Source: Octopus bimaculoides (taxonomy: Eukaryota). Taken from it: 64,000 bases of DNA. The notes under the pieces were generated by a model. The model was given only the letters and a program-made list of their open reading frames with translations, searched no databases and was not told the origin of the DNA. The stretch lies in the NCBI RefSeq assembly GCF_001194135.2, contig NC_068985.1, positions 21,128,490-21,192,489 on the forward strand. The letters are read 5' to 3'. Made by a program: the position numbers and the translations under genes. Positions 27,099-38,964 of this stretch are shown here, piece by piece; within the stretch, counting starts at the first letter, position 1; each line of letters starts with the position of its first letter.

Positions 27099-27845
27099 CG
27101 GACTTCCAAATCCACTCACAAGGCTTCAGTCGGCCTGGGGTTACGGCAGAAAACAGTGGGACTGAGACCGGAACGATGTGGTTGGAAGCAAACTTCTTAA
27201 CACACAACCACACCTGCGCCTATATTTACAATAATCCAATGAAAACAACGTATTTTACGAACATTTTAAAAAATAGAGGGTAGAAGATGGAAATCAGTTA
27301 TCAGACTGTGGCCATGCTGGGGCATCGCCTTGAAGAATGTTTAGTCGAATGAACTGACTCCAGTACTTTCTTTCCTTTTTATCCTGGTACTTGTTCTATC
27401 AGACTGTTTGCAGAACTGCTAAATTACGGGGAAGTAAATACACCAACACTGGTTGTCAAAAAGTAGGGTGGGGGAACACAGACACACATATTATATATAC
27501 ATCAGTCATTTGACTGCGGCCATGGTGGAGCACCGCCTTTAGTCGAACAAATCAACTTCCAGGACTTATTCTTTGTTAGGCTAGTACTTATTCTATCGTC
27601 TACTTTGACGGACCGCTAGGTTATGGAGACGTTAACACAACAACATCGGTTGTCGAGCGATGGTGGAGGACAAGCACAGACACACAAATATATATATTCA
27701 CAACGGGTTTCTTTCTGTTTCGAAATCCACTCACAAGGCTTTATTCGGCCCGAGGCTATAGAAGAAGACACTTGCCCAAGGTGCCACACAGTGAGACTGA
27801 ACCTAGAACCTTGTGGCTGAGAAGCAAGCTTCTTTCCACGCACAC
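26815..27845 (-). mobile_element. Three same-orientation SINE family A copies in tandem
   Basis: cagtcatttgactgcggc-type tails near 26833, 27302 and 27503; heads near 27210 and 27840. Confidence 0.8.
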
Positions 27846-28271
27846 GTGTGTGTGTGTGTAAAATTGAGGGTGTGGAACGAGTAAAATGCAAGCTATGTAT
27901 CTTTCTTAGCTATCTGATCCTCTGATATAATAATTACACTACGAGGGGTACTCGACTTAGCGAATCATCAAAATACATTAACTAAATGAAGGTTACATTG
28001 CCGCTTGGAATTTTCAACAAGATGTGAGTTGGATTTCCCCATAGATGTGAACTGAAATGAATTGCAAAGCCGGGGGGGGGGGAACAGAATAAAAACAAAT
28101 GTTTGAAGAAATAAAACGGTCAAGAAGTAAGAAAGTAAATGATGAGGTCAAATATGTGGTAGTGTGAATCGTAAAATGTTGATAGGAATGAAGAAAGGGA
28201 GAGAAATTAAGAAAAGAAGAGGAAGGAAAAAAGGAGGGAGATAGAGAAAGAACGGTTGTCACAAATATTTA

Positions 28272-28600
28272 AGATTAGTAAAGATAAGTGTGAAAGCGCA
28301 TGGCTCAGAGCGCTGAGCTTACGACCGCTAGGTTGTGAGTTCGAATCCCGGACCAGGTTGCATGTTGTGTTTTTGAGCAAGACACTTTATTTCACGTTGC
28401 TCCAGTTCACTCAGCTGTAGAAATGAGTTGCGACATCACTGGTGCCAAGCTGTATCGGCCTTTGCCTTATCCCTTGGACAACACTGGTGGCGTGGAGAAG
28501 GGAGACCGGTATGCATGGGCGACTGCTGGTCTTCCGGACTTGTGTCTAGGAGGGTAGCTTTCTGGGTGCAATCCCATGGTCACTCTTGACCGAAAGAGGT
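28272..28600 (+). mobile_element. tRNA-headed SINE family C
   Basis: B-box gagttcgaatcccgg; body ttgagcaagacactttatttcacgttgctccagttcactcagctgtag. Inverted partial copies at 28680-28872 and 31190-31330. Confidence 0.85.
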
Positions 28601-29923
28601 CTCAGCAGCAAAGTGTTGATTTCTTAGCACCCCGCTGGTGTATGTGTGTACGTCACGGTATACATATGCATCCACGGCCTGCGTTTATATTCCCCACCTA
28701 GACGGGATGCCAGTCCGTCGCAAGGTTACTCATATTTCCCAGCTGAGTTAACTGGAGCAACGTGAAATGAAGTGTTTTGCTCACGAACACAACGCGTCGC
28801 TCGATCCAGGAATCGAAACTGCAGTCTAACGATCAAAAGTCCAGGAACCGAACCACTAACTCACGCGCCTCCGTCAACAGTACCACTGTGAACTATCCGC
28901 TAAGAAATCAACACCTTGCGGTCAGATAGTATTTATATTTACCCACTTCAGCAAATTTTTTTAGGGGACGATATTAGTCGATTACGTAGACCCCCAATAT
29001 TTGACTGTTGGTATATTTTATTGGCCCTGAAGAAATTAAAGATAATGTCTTTAATGTGGTTTGGATATAGAATGTGAATTAGTGGACAAATACCGCTCTA
29101 ACGATCCACCATGATCATCCTTCTCTTAATTTCCCCACCTTTCTTTCTCTCAATAATATTATTGTGTGTATAAAATATGGATAGGATAGATCCTATGAAT
29201 ATTGAACGTCATAAAGTTCTAAGAACTACTGTTTTTAATGGCACTAAAAACGCATAGGCATATTAGACGCACTTCGATTTCAGCAGCGCAAAACGAAATA
29301 TGGTTTTGGTGCATAATCTTTAAAGCAAAGTCGCATATAAAACCCGTGGCGATTTAAAAAGAAAAGCGAGTCTAATACGCCATCAAATATTGTATGCGTT
29401 GTCCTTGTGGCAAGTAGATACAATCTAACTAAATGCATAGTTACATATAAACAGAAACTAAATAACGTTAGTCTCATTTCTTTTTTTTTTACATTTTTTT
29501 TTTTACTTTTGCGACAGATTAATAAATTAGAACAAGATAATGTAGTGTACCAAGGTTGGAACAGTCCATTTCCTCAGTCAGGGTTCACCTGGGGTTAATT
29601 TGAATATGAACTGCATTTGGGCAAAATTAAATCAGACTGTCAAATAATATTTTTGAATTTTCTAATCTAGATGGTCATCTCCAAGAAACTTATCTTTCCT
29701 ATCAATTAAAAGAAACAATGGTTTGTAATCTACACAGTTACTAAAGCTTCCAACTCACTATTTGAATAATTAGATTCAGCAGCCTTACCTACCTTGATAA
29801 ATATAGCATTGAGTGATTGTATTGCGTTAAAATACCAGGCATAGACTGCGCACTAGTCGCTTGTCAACGTGACGTCTTTGGTAGCATCAAATATCCAAAC
29901 AACAAGATCCTAAAAGAGAACAC

Positions 29924-30523
29924 GGATCTATTTCAAAACGGGGACACGAGTTTTCATTTATGTTTTATGTAGTGTTTTTGGTACCGAAAGACTTTCAAAC
30001 TTCGTATACTTATCTATTTTGTGTTATAGAACAGAAAAATAGTTTTGTATTCGAATTTATTTCATGTAAAAAATTGTCTTATTTCGATAATTTCTACTAA
30101 TCACTGACGTCTATTCAGTTGAAAACAGTTAGCGCTGTAACGGTGTATATCGTATTAATCCTCTAACCATAACCCTAACTAGACTGTTAACCCTAACCCT
30201 AACCCTAACTCTAGAATCCGAACTCTAAAATTGTTACACACATAGATACGGCGTATAAATTACGATTAAACCGGATGAAATATGTCACAGGGAATAACAT
30301 TTTTATGACCGCCCAGCAGTAACTCTATTCAGCTGAATAGACGTCAGTGATTGGTTGAAATTACAGAAATACGACAACTTTAACATGGAATAACTTGCGA
30401 TGTACGTTTTTTGTTAAGAAGACTAAGAGTAAAAGATGTTTTATATGACACATTCTACCAGTGTCCCAAGTTTCAAAGTGTTTCGTTAAGAAAATACTGG
30501 TGCCCCCGTTTTGAAATAGATCC
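29924..30523. mobile_element. 600-bp MITE with 24-bp TIRs and an exact 8-bp TSD (Merlin- or hAT-like), containing (TAACCC)n
   Basis: TIRs ggatctatttcaaaacggggacac / gtgcccccgttttgaaatagatcc. TSD gagaacac at 29916-29923 and 30524-30531. Internal inverted repeat aatcactgacgtctattcag / ctgaatagacgtcagtgatt. Confidence 0.9.
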
Positions 30524-31381
30524 GAGAACACCTTTTCAAAGTTATCGAATGTTCTTTGCCAACCAAATTCATATTTCTTGCACAACTTCGTAAAATGGTT
30601 TGATCATTTCAGAATATTTTGACAAATATTGACTATAAAACTTCACCAATCCTAAAAAAATTAATTCCAATTCTTTTTTGTCTTTTTTAATTAGGTTATA
30701 TTTTCTGGGCGAAATAAGGTGGCAAGCTCGCAAAATCGTTAGCACACCGGACAGAATGCTTAGCAGCATTCTGTCCGTCTTTACGTTCCTAATTCAAATT
30801 CTGCCGAGGTCGACTTTGCCTCTCATCCTTTCGGAGTCGATAAAATGAATAGCAATGGAGCACTTAGGTCGAGGTAATCGACTTCCTCCACCCCCCTCCG
30901 AAATGGCTGTTCTTGTGCCAAAATTTGAAACCAATATTTCTGGGTGAAATCCCTCCTTTGAAATAGAATATCCCCTAAAATGATATCTTGTTACTGTTAA
31001 TGATATATTTCTCCGAATTAATCATATTTATGCCAATCAGTTTAAACTTGATCTCCAGATTCAATTCCTCCTCAGTAGTAGGCCCCCTGGACATTACTTC
31101 AAGTCCAAAGACTCATAGGTCCGGTTGCCCAATTTTCATAAGTGACCAAGATGAGAACATTCAGTCCTGAATGTTAGACCGTGAAAGGGTTGCTCATCTA
31201 CAACTGAATGAACTGGAGCAACGTGAAATGTAGTGTTTTGTTCAAAAACATAACGTCCCGCCCAGTCGAAGAATCGAAACTTCGATCTTGCGATCGAAAG
31301 TGCAACATCCTAACCACTAGCCCATACGCTTTCACTCTCTCCACCATATTATTTACATCCAAATATCATCTTGAGAGCTTG

Positions 31382-31419
<38 letters not shown>

Positions 31420-32158
31420 GGTCCTTGAAAACTTTCTCTTACCCTTCCAAAAATGACACTTGCAGTTTTTATGCTACATAGCATTCTTGTCCATCTCAAC
31501 TAACGAATGGAAAGTTAACAATAGTGATTCCTTTGAAATTATTTCCTGTTTGAATTTGGTGATATGCACTCTGGAAATCGAATTTTGCAAAGAATTTTGT
31601 CCCAGCTCAATGAAAGATATATTCAGTATCACATGCTGGATAAGATAATCTTGTAATTAACGCCTACTTTACAGTCACCAGAAAAATGAAAAGCCGAGGT
31701 TTTCGTGTTTCTGGTGTTTCTACAAAGAACTGCGTACATTTCTTATTTATAATGCGAAGCCTACAAGCAGTACGTGGAGCAAGCTCTAATATTCCCAACT
31801 TAATTGTTTTTCGTAACTTCACAACTACTAACGAAAAAAAGTGAAACGGCAGTTAACAAGATTCAAAATATGAAAAAGACCTTTTTCAAATTTTTACAAT
31901 TTAATACTGGTCTTATAATTTTTAAGCATACCTGTATCTACAGCGTCAATTACAATAGAATGCAATAATTGTCACGAATAGCTACCTCTGATGTAGATGC
32001 ATTATCGAACACCTTATTTGAAGACTGATACAGAGCTATTTGAAATGAACTGGGCGTATTGTGTTTCGTATTTTGAAGTTGAATATTTCAACTGAATAAC
32101 TATTGTTTCTCGACTAGTTTCCCTGTTATGACAATATATTAGACTAAAACTCGGGAAA

Positions 32159-32830
32159 ATGGAAAAATTCCTTCGACCACATTGCTCTGGTAGCACTCTG
32201 TCAGATACAAGCACCGAAAAATTGTATCCTAATAGAGTACCACCAAACTACTTTCATAAACAAAAACTCATTTTGCTTACCAGTTTACCATCTCGTGTAA
32301 ATGTACCATACTGAATTGACTACAATACAGTAAAAGCTTTCCAATTGCAATGACGAAAATAAGGTGAAGACGTCGAATCTATGCAGGGCCGACAACTCAG
32401 GCAGTCACCCGGGGCGCCAAAGAGAGCTTGACAGAAACAAGGAAATTTCCACGACCGTCAGCTTGTACACGCCGAAGTTCAGCTTGCCCGGGGCGCCAGC
32501 AACCCTAGGCCCGGCCCTGAATCTGTCACAATTCTTGGAGACTCACGAGATATTGTAAATTTCGTGATGTAACTGTTGTGTATTTCGAGAGGAAAGCATT
32601 GGAAATTCATTCATTCCAGGATCTCTTCTGACCGCATACAAAGATTCCTTGAGAACTCTTCATTGAATTTGGAAGAGGCAATCACCCAAGCCCGTTCTCT
32701 AGAAATTACCCAGAAAAATGCAGAGGTTCACCAATGACCTCTTCCCTATCTGGAGTTGATGAAAATTTAGAGAGCAGACCCTTTGACACTGAGTATATTA
32801 GTGCCGTCGTGAACAAATGAATTTACAGAT
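32159..32830 (+). mobile_element. Gypsy-type LTR retrotransposon gag relic
   Basis: MEKFLRP start and LEEAITQARSLEITQKNAE resemble the Gypsy gag motifs MEKLLRPERF and L..A...AR.LE.AQKN.E; frameshifted. Confidence 0.6.
32384..32519. mobile_element. 136-bp GC-rich hAT-type MITE nested in the gag relic
   Basis: Ends cagggccg / cggccctg; flanks aatctatg / aatctgtc form an imperfect 8-bp TSD. Confidence 0.65.
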
Positions 32831-33834
32831 GATGTAACTGTTGTGCTGGCCCTTACCAAAACCATCCCTTTTCTCTAGAAAGAATGAAATATACAACTGA
32901 AGAAAAAAAAATGGACAGTTTTCCCTAAGTATTTCGATAAAAAAGAACATCATTGATAGCCCTCACTACAACAAAGATAGATCAAGGAAACGTCTCAAAA
33001 AGCTACAGTCAGCGTTTATATAATTGATAATTAACTAATATATTTAACGTGTTGGCTCAATCCACGAGGTGGCGCTAGCTTTACAGATCAGGATATTTTC
33101 AATAATCTTTCACTCCTAATATCCAAAACAGATCTCATTTGTATTTCAGACATCACTGAATGTGTCGTTTGTTTATTTGTTGGTGAGGATGGGTTATGAA
33201 AAGGTGCATTTAAGTGTTTTGTCAAACTTGTGTTCCTTTATAATTCTGAGTCACAACTTCCTTAAACAATTTATTTACAGAACTTCAAGAGAGATACTAC
33301 TGGTTAGTGACATGAGAGAGATCACCGATAAAGATCTGTTACGACAGAAGTAGCACTGATTGTCACTGAAGATGTGTGGAATGTGAGAGCGATAGTCAGC
33401 AAGTCTTAATATTGTCATTCTTGATTCTAGAACAAACGTTCATAAATTATGGCAAAAACGGAATTGCAATGGAATGTGAGAGAAAGTATTAATCAAAGAA
33501 TCAAGTGGTGTGACAATAACACACTCTCATGAAAAGTTACAAATATCTCTAATTGTGTGTGTGATTGCCTATGTAATTTTCTTGCGATAATCAGACATAA
33601 TTCCCAACATACACACAGGGAGAGAATATCTTTATCAGAGAGTTAAGTAGCGTAGAATTTGCAGTCAAAGACAAACTGAAGAAATCTCAAAAGTAAACTC
33701 TTTATAATCTCTTATGGGCTCCAGAAAAAAACTGTTCAAAGAATGAAGAATGCGCCATAAACAATCTCTTAATAAACGTTTCAAGTGGAGAAAAGCGACA
33801 AGATTTAGTACAATTAATTGAGAATTATAGAGGT

Positions 33835-34165
33835 ATGGATGTGCAATGGCCCAGTGGTTAGAGCAGCGGATTCGCAGTCGTAGGATCGCGGTTTCGATTC
33901 CCAGACCGGGCGTTGCGAGTGTTTATTGAGCGAAATCACCTAAAGTTCCACGTGGCTCCGGTAGAGGGTGGTGGCGAACCCTGCTGTACTCTTTCACCAC
34001 AGCTTCCTCACTTTTTCTTCCTGTTTCTGTTGTACCTGTATTTCAAACGGCCAGCTTTGTCACACTGTGTCACGCTGAATCTCCCCCGAGATCTACATTA
34101 AGAGCAGGCTGTTCCGTTGATCGAATCAACTGGAACCCTCATTGTCGTAACCGACGGAGTACCAT
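33835..34165 (+). mobile_element. tRNA-headed SINE family D
   Basis: gtgcaatggcccagtggttagagcagcggattcgcagtcgtaggatcgcggtttcgattccc; matches 4712-5079. Confidence 0.85.
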
Positions 34166-34234
34166 TATAGAGGTGGGGTAGGAAGTACGAGGAGATAGGT
34201 TCACCAACATAGAAACTAGTCACGCAACAGTAAG

Positions 34235-34291
34235 ATTATTTTTTTTAATTAATTCTCTGGTAAACACAGAGAATTAATTAAAAAAAATAAT
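34235..34291. repeat. Perfect 25-bp inverted repeat with 7-nt loop
   Basis: ATTATTTTTTTTAATTAATTCTCTG-gtaaaca-CAGAGAATTAATTAAAAAAAATAAT. Confidence 0.95.
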
Positions 34292-34473
34292 AGTTCTGCC
34301 GTTTAACTACCTGTCCTGTGTATTGCAGGTGATACACAGGACATATGAAAGGAAAGTTTTATATTATTCAGAAAGTATTAAAACAATGGCTAAGTAAAGG
34401 TCTGAAAACAAGTATGAACGTTTAGGACAAACTTATGAAAATGCTTTTGGCAGGCAAAGGATTGTCTGTGCCA

Positions 34474-36202
34474 TAGGGTGGAGTGTAAAAAGCAACTTTC
34501 GAAATTGGTAACCAAGAAACGATATTTTGTTGCGAATTAGGATTAAAAGAAAGGTGTATGAAGAATTTTGCGGTATATTGTTTTAGGTTCCGCAATTGAA
34601 AATTTTAAAAATCGTTATTTTTGGTAGAAATTTGGATTTCATGGATTAGTCATAACGAATATATATTTCTAAATTGCAGAATGCAAAACAGTAAACATAA
34701 TAGCCTTAAGAGGTTGCATACCAAGTTTCAATACAATTGACTAATATCTTTAGATTTTGCATTGGCTATAAAGAGAACGGGAATCCCAGTAAAATGGTAC
34801 ATTTTCGATGGCTTACAACTGCAGATCGTATGCTACGGTTGTATGTTGCTTCCGAGAATCCTAACACGATTAAATTAATTGTTGCTTACATAATGATAGT
34901 TTACGTGCCAATGTGGTGTGGTTCACAATTAAACGCAACCCTTCCTCGGAAAATGGGGCTCTAAATGTGTTCAAGACGATTGAGTCTTCGAGAGAAATGG
35001 ATCAAGCGGTACAAGACATTGTATTTCCAGTTATACAATGAAAGGCTTTCTTCGCGCACCCAGAAAATATTTTACTTGCCATGATAAACGGAGCCACATT
35101 CGAGAACTAGCATGGAGTTGCATAAAGAAGACTCGAACACGGTATAAAGGGGAAATCTGTGCGACCTTTCAAAATTCCTACCCTAAACTTTGCTACCTCA
35201 AGCTACATGGACACAATTAACTGGCAGGACACTAACACAGACATCGATATTTTCTTTCAGCAGCAGCGTTTGATTCAACTGGAAAAAACTAACGTGCCAC
35301 ACCCAATCAGTGGAGAGATGTGTAAAACTCGTGACAGAAGCATCGTCTAATATTTGTGGTGAGAATAGTCGAGACGATTTCATTGGGAGTAGAATCGAAT
35401 CGAGAGAAAAAATTCCGGTTTTCGAGACAAAAAAAGGAGTTCAAATTGAAAGGTAAATTAGCAATAGTCAATTAGAATTGTTTAGTTTTTGGCTATTTTG
35501 AACATAATAAACAATTAGCAATATGTCGTTTTAGGAATTTCCAAAACAACAAATCTTTGACTGTTCGATTCTTTGAGAGCGAGATGCTAATTCTCGTCTA
35601 CGAAAAAAATTGGCTTTATTACTAGAACGAAAAGGAATGCATTACAAAGACTCATATTATTTAGTTACATGGAATGATTTCGAATAAACTGGAAATGTTA
35701 ATTATCTTTATCACCAAAATGTATCAAGAATCAAAAATTGGTTTACACGTAATTTTATTTTAATGTGTGTGTAATCTAGACCTCATGTAACACATATATT
35801 CGGTGACCTAATATAATAAATATAGAAAACAAAGTCGAATAGTCTATTTATTTCACATAATTTCGAGATTTCAAGTGCGTTGCGGAGCTTAAAAATATAA
35901 ATTTATATAAATATAAAACTTGAGATTTTGACGCTCTTTGTTTCTAAACAATTTCGCAAAAGAAAATCGATTCGTAACAATAAATGTAAAAAAAAAAATA
36001 TATGATGAACGCCAAACATGTTATAAATTGATTTTTTAATCATTATTCAAAATTCCAAGTGGGCTGCGGAGTCTGAAGATGTAAATTTAAGAACTTCAGA
36101 TTTTAACACAGCTGTTTTTAGAATTTCGCAATAAAAAATATATATTCTTAAAAAGATATTTCCGAAATATGTGTAAAAAGTACCTTTTTTCGCTCCACCT
36201 TA
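34474..36202 (+). mobile_element. hAT-superfamily (hATm-like) DNA transposon with decayed transposase
   Basis: TIRs tagggtggagtgtaaaaag / (rc) taaggtggagcgaaaaaag. TSD ctgtgcca (34466-34473) / ctgtgcaa (36203-36210). Transposase fragments HFRWLTTADRMLRLYVASENP, HIRELAW and RPFKIPTLNFATSSYMDTINWQ. Confidence 0.85.
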
Positions 36203-36679
36203 CTGTGCAACCTGTGTGCGCATTTCGTTTGTTTTTAATTAAGAACTGGTTGGTTATTTATTTGTTTGGGGAAAGGTGAGTATATTGTGTTTCATGGTAT
36301 TTGCTAGGAGAAGTACACAGAAGTCGAAGTAATTCTTTTAAACACAGTTCGAACAAAACTCCTGCGTTCGTCTATCTTTTCTGAAACTTTGTCGAACCTC
36401 TGCACTGGTTATGAGCGTTTTTTACTTTTATAACCATAATTCCCGCGGAGACATCCGGCATGTGGTAGAACATTCTATAATATGGAATTCTACTTCTGCA
36501 AACTAATTGTTTTATATACAGAGCACGTTGCCTGGTCTAAATGTAGACCTCATCCTTATTACTAAAGCTGTAAGGTTTCGATTCTAAAGCTCGCTACAAT
36601 ATCAGTAGAGAGCGTTGAGTTTTGAGGCTAATTAATTATAAGTACTTGGTTGAGCTGAATAATTTTTGAAATTGTTTCA

Positions 36680-37600
36680 TTAAAAGAAATCAACAATCTG
36701 ACCCGAGGGTCCTATCGATGTGGCGATGGGAGCCTACGGCAGCGCCGACGTATGTGATCTTATTTGGACTATAGATCCTAGACACCTTAAGGGAGAAATT
36801 CCCTTCGGTCCTCTTCCGTTTCTACAGGGATAACGCTCAACCCTTCTCTAGAGGCGCCAACGGGCACACACCCGATAGGCTTAGAAAGGACCTGATTAGC
36901 ACCCTGGACTCCATGGGACTCAAAATTGCTATCGAGACGAATCTCGCCACCGTAGACTTCCTAGATGTTACTCTAAACTTGGACTCCGGTACACACAGGC
37001 CCTATTGCAAGCTAAACGTGAGACTATCCTATATCAACTCAGCCTCCTGCCCACCCCCTATCGTGTTCAAGAACCTAGTGAAGGGTGTCAGAAAGAGGAT
37101 CTCGAATTTATCCTCTAGTCAAGATATCTTCTATACCGCCTATCTCTACTACAACGAGGCACTGGCGTCCAGCGGGTTTTAAGGACTGCATTTCCTACAT
37201 GCCAGGTCCTAGCACCGACAAGAGGAAGCGCCGCCGAAACGTCGTTTGGTTTTCCCCAACCATTCTCACTCAACGCCAAGACTTGTGTGCGAAGGATATT
37301 CTTCAGGTTAATCAACAAACACTTCACGCAGACACACAGATACGGACGTTTATTCAACAGGCACAACTTAATGGTCTCCTTTAGTTGTGCACCCAAATAC
37401 CCATAAAACACGGGAGGAGGCAGGATGCTCTTGCAGGGTGTACAATGACTGACCAGTGGCAGGCCAATGCGAGGCCGAGGGAGTCATCTATGGGGCTGTG
37501 GTCATACCCAGGCCTAGAGACCACAGTAATAGCAGCAACGGATCATCCAACAACATCGGAGGCAGCGAATAGTTTCACGTGATCGGTTTATTAAGCAACC
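36680..37600 (+). mobile_element. Penelope-like element, RT to GIY-YIG region, frameshifted, GC-rich
   Basis: DVAMGAYGSADVCDLI, FYRDN (YRDD site), VDFLDVTLNLDSG, RRRNVVWF and EGVIYGAVV. Confidence 0.9.
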
Positions 37601-38529
37601 AGTCAGCATTAAAGTGTGGTGTGATTTGATCAAGAATTTTCTTGCTCTCTTTAAAAAATCGCTTTTGGCGATAATTTATTGCAAAATGTTGGAGGCAGCT
37701 GAGTGACGTGTGTCTCCAGCCTTGTCAAGCAGACGACCTAGGACACATGACCAAGAACCTCTGTCGCCCCGTAAATAACGCAGCTGATTTCAGATATGAT
37801 GGTACAACTACATGCTGCCGTACTAATAGCTTTTTTAAATCTCACCAGCATTTGCTTCCCAGCCTGTAATTATTGTTGTTGTTAACTGTAAATGGCCAAC
37901 GCAGTTTATCTTTCAGTGCAACGATAAATAGTTCTGTTAAATGTCCGCAGGTGTTGCTCAGTTATTTCTTCAAGCAGCCAAGAAACACATTTTCATCCAC
38001 CAAATCAACCACGACACAGCAATAACCAGCACCTCTAAACGATAAAACCATTACATTGTTCTTTAACAGCACAATATTCTTTAATATGACACAAAACAAC
38101 TGTGAATAGTTCGATCAAATTATTTTCAATCCTGTTTGAGAGTTGATACAATAGCTTGTCTAGAAGGTTTGCCAGTCTTTCACAATACTTACTAATTAAT
38201 ATAAGTGTTCTTTTTTAATTCCTTTTCACTATACTTACGAATTAATATAAGAGTTATTTATAATGCAGGCTTATTTCGCCTTATAAAATTTCTCTGTGAG
38301 ACCCCGGCCATGAGATTAGATATATGTAATGTTTTCAAGGTATCCATCCGTAGAGCAAGAGATTCATTATGTAAGGGATATTTGTTAGTTATATATAACT
38401 AGCTGTTTTTCCCGGTTTCACTCGGGCAGTGTGGTGGATTTGGTTAAAGGCTTATAAGTTGGTAGTCCAGAGTCCATGCTGCGTTTGTTTCTTCGTCGAA
38501 TCACCACTTTATAAGAAAGTGGGTTATTG

Positions 38530-38572
38530 CAGCTCAGCGGGCTGCGTGTTCGAATCACGTCGGGGGTCACCA
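38530..38572 (-). other. tRNA-Trp primer-binding site with extended complementarity
   Basis: Plus strand ggctgcgtgttcgaatcacgtcgggggtcaCCA equals the tRNA-Trp 3' arm including CCA (one extra G), compared with recalled metazoan tRNA-Trp. Confidence 0.8.
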
Positions 38573-38573
38573 G

Positions 38574-38964
38574 TATAGGAAAGTTGGTTATACATCATTA
38601 GATGTATACCTGAATTTCCCCACATAAAATTAAGAATATAACGGAACGCTGAACTCCAGACTATCAACTTATACAACATTTATTCAGGTGGTAAATATAT
38701 ACATCTTTAGCTCTTGTTGTTACAGCTTCTGATTGTGTGAGCATAGTTGTTGGGACGTTGTTATGTAGGTGTAAGCGAGCTGTCGAGTGTAAGTCCGAAA
38801 GATGGAGAGTGACAGCTACACACGTAAAGAGACTGTTTCCAGAGTTGGGTGTTGGAGACACTTCTTGACACGTCCATGCTCTATTGCTGGCCAGCAAGAA
38901 AGAGTATGAATTGAGCGGGAACGCTTGCTTGTTTAATTCCACGCATGCGCACGGCGTTACTACA
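38574..38964 (-). mobile_element. LTR (~390 bp) of an LTR retrotransposon; internal region truncated
   Basis: Minus strand starts TGTAGTAA and ends TTCCTATA (imperfect inverted ends). AATAAA at 38684-38679. One base later comes the PBS TGGTGACC. Confidence 0.7.

Noticed and set aside
38540-38572. tRNA-Trp gene
   Set aside because: Only the 3' portion is present, CCA is encoded, and there is no A-box or D arm; better explained as a PBS.
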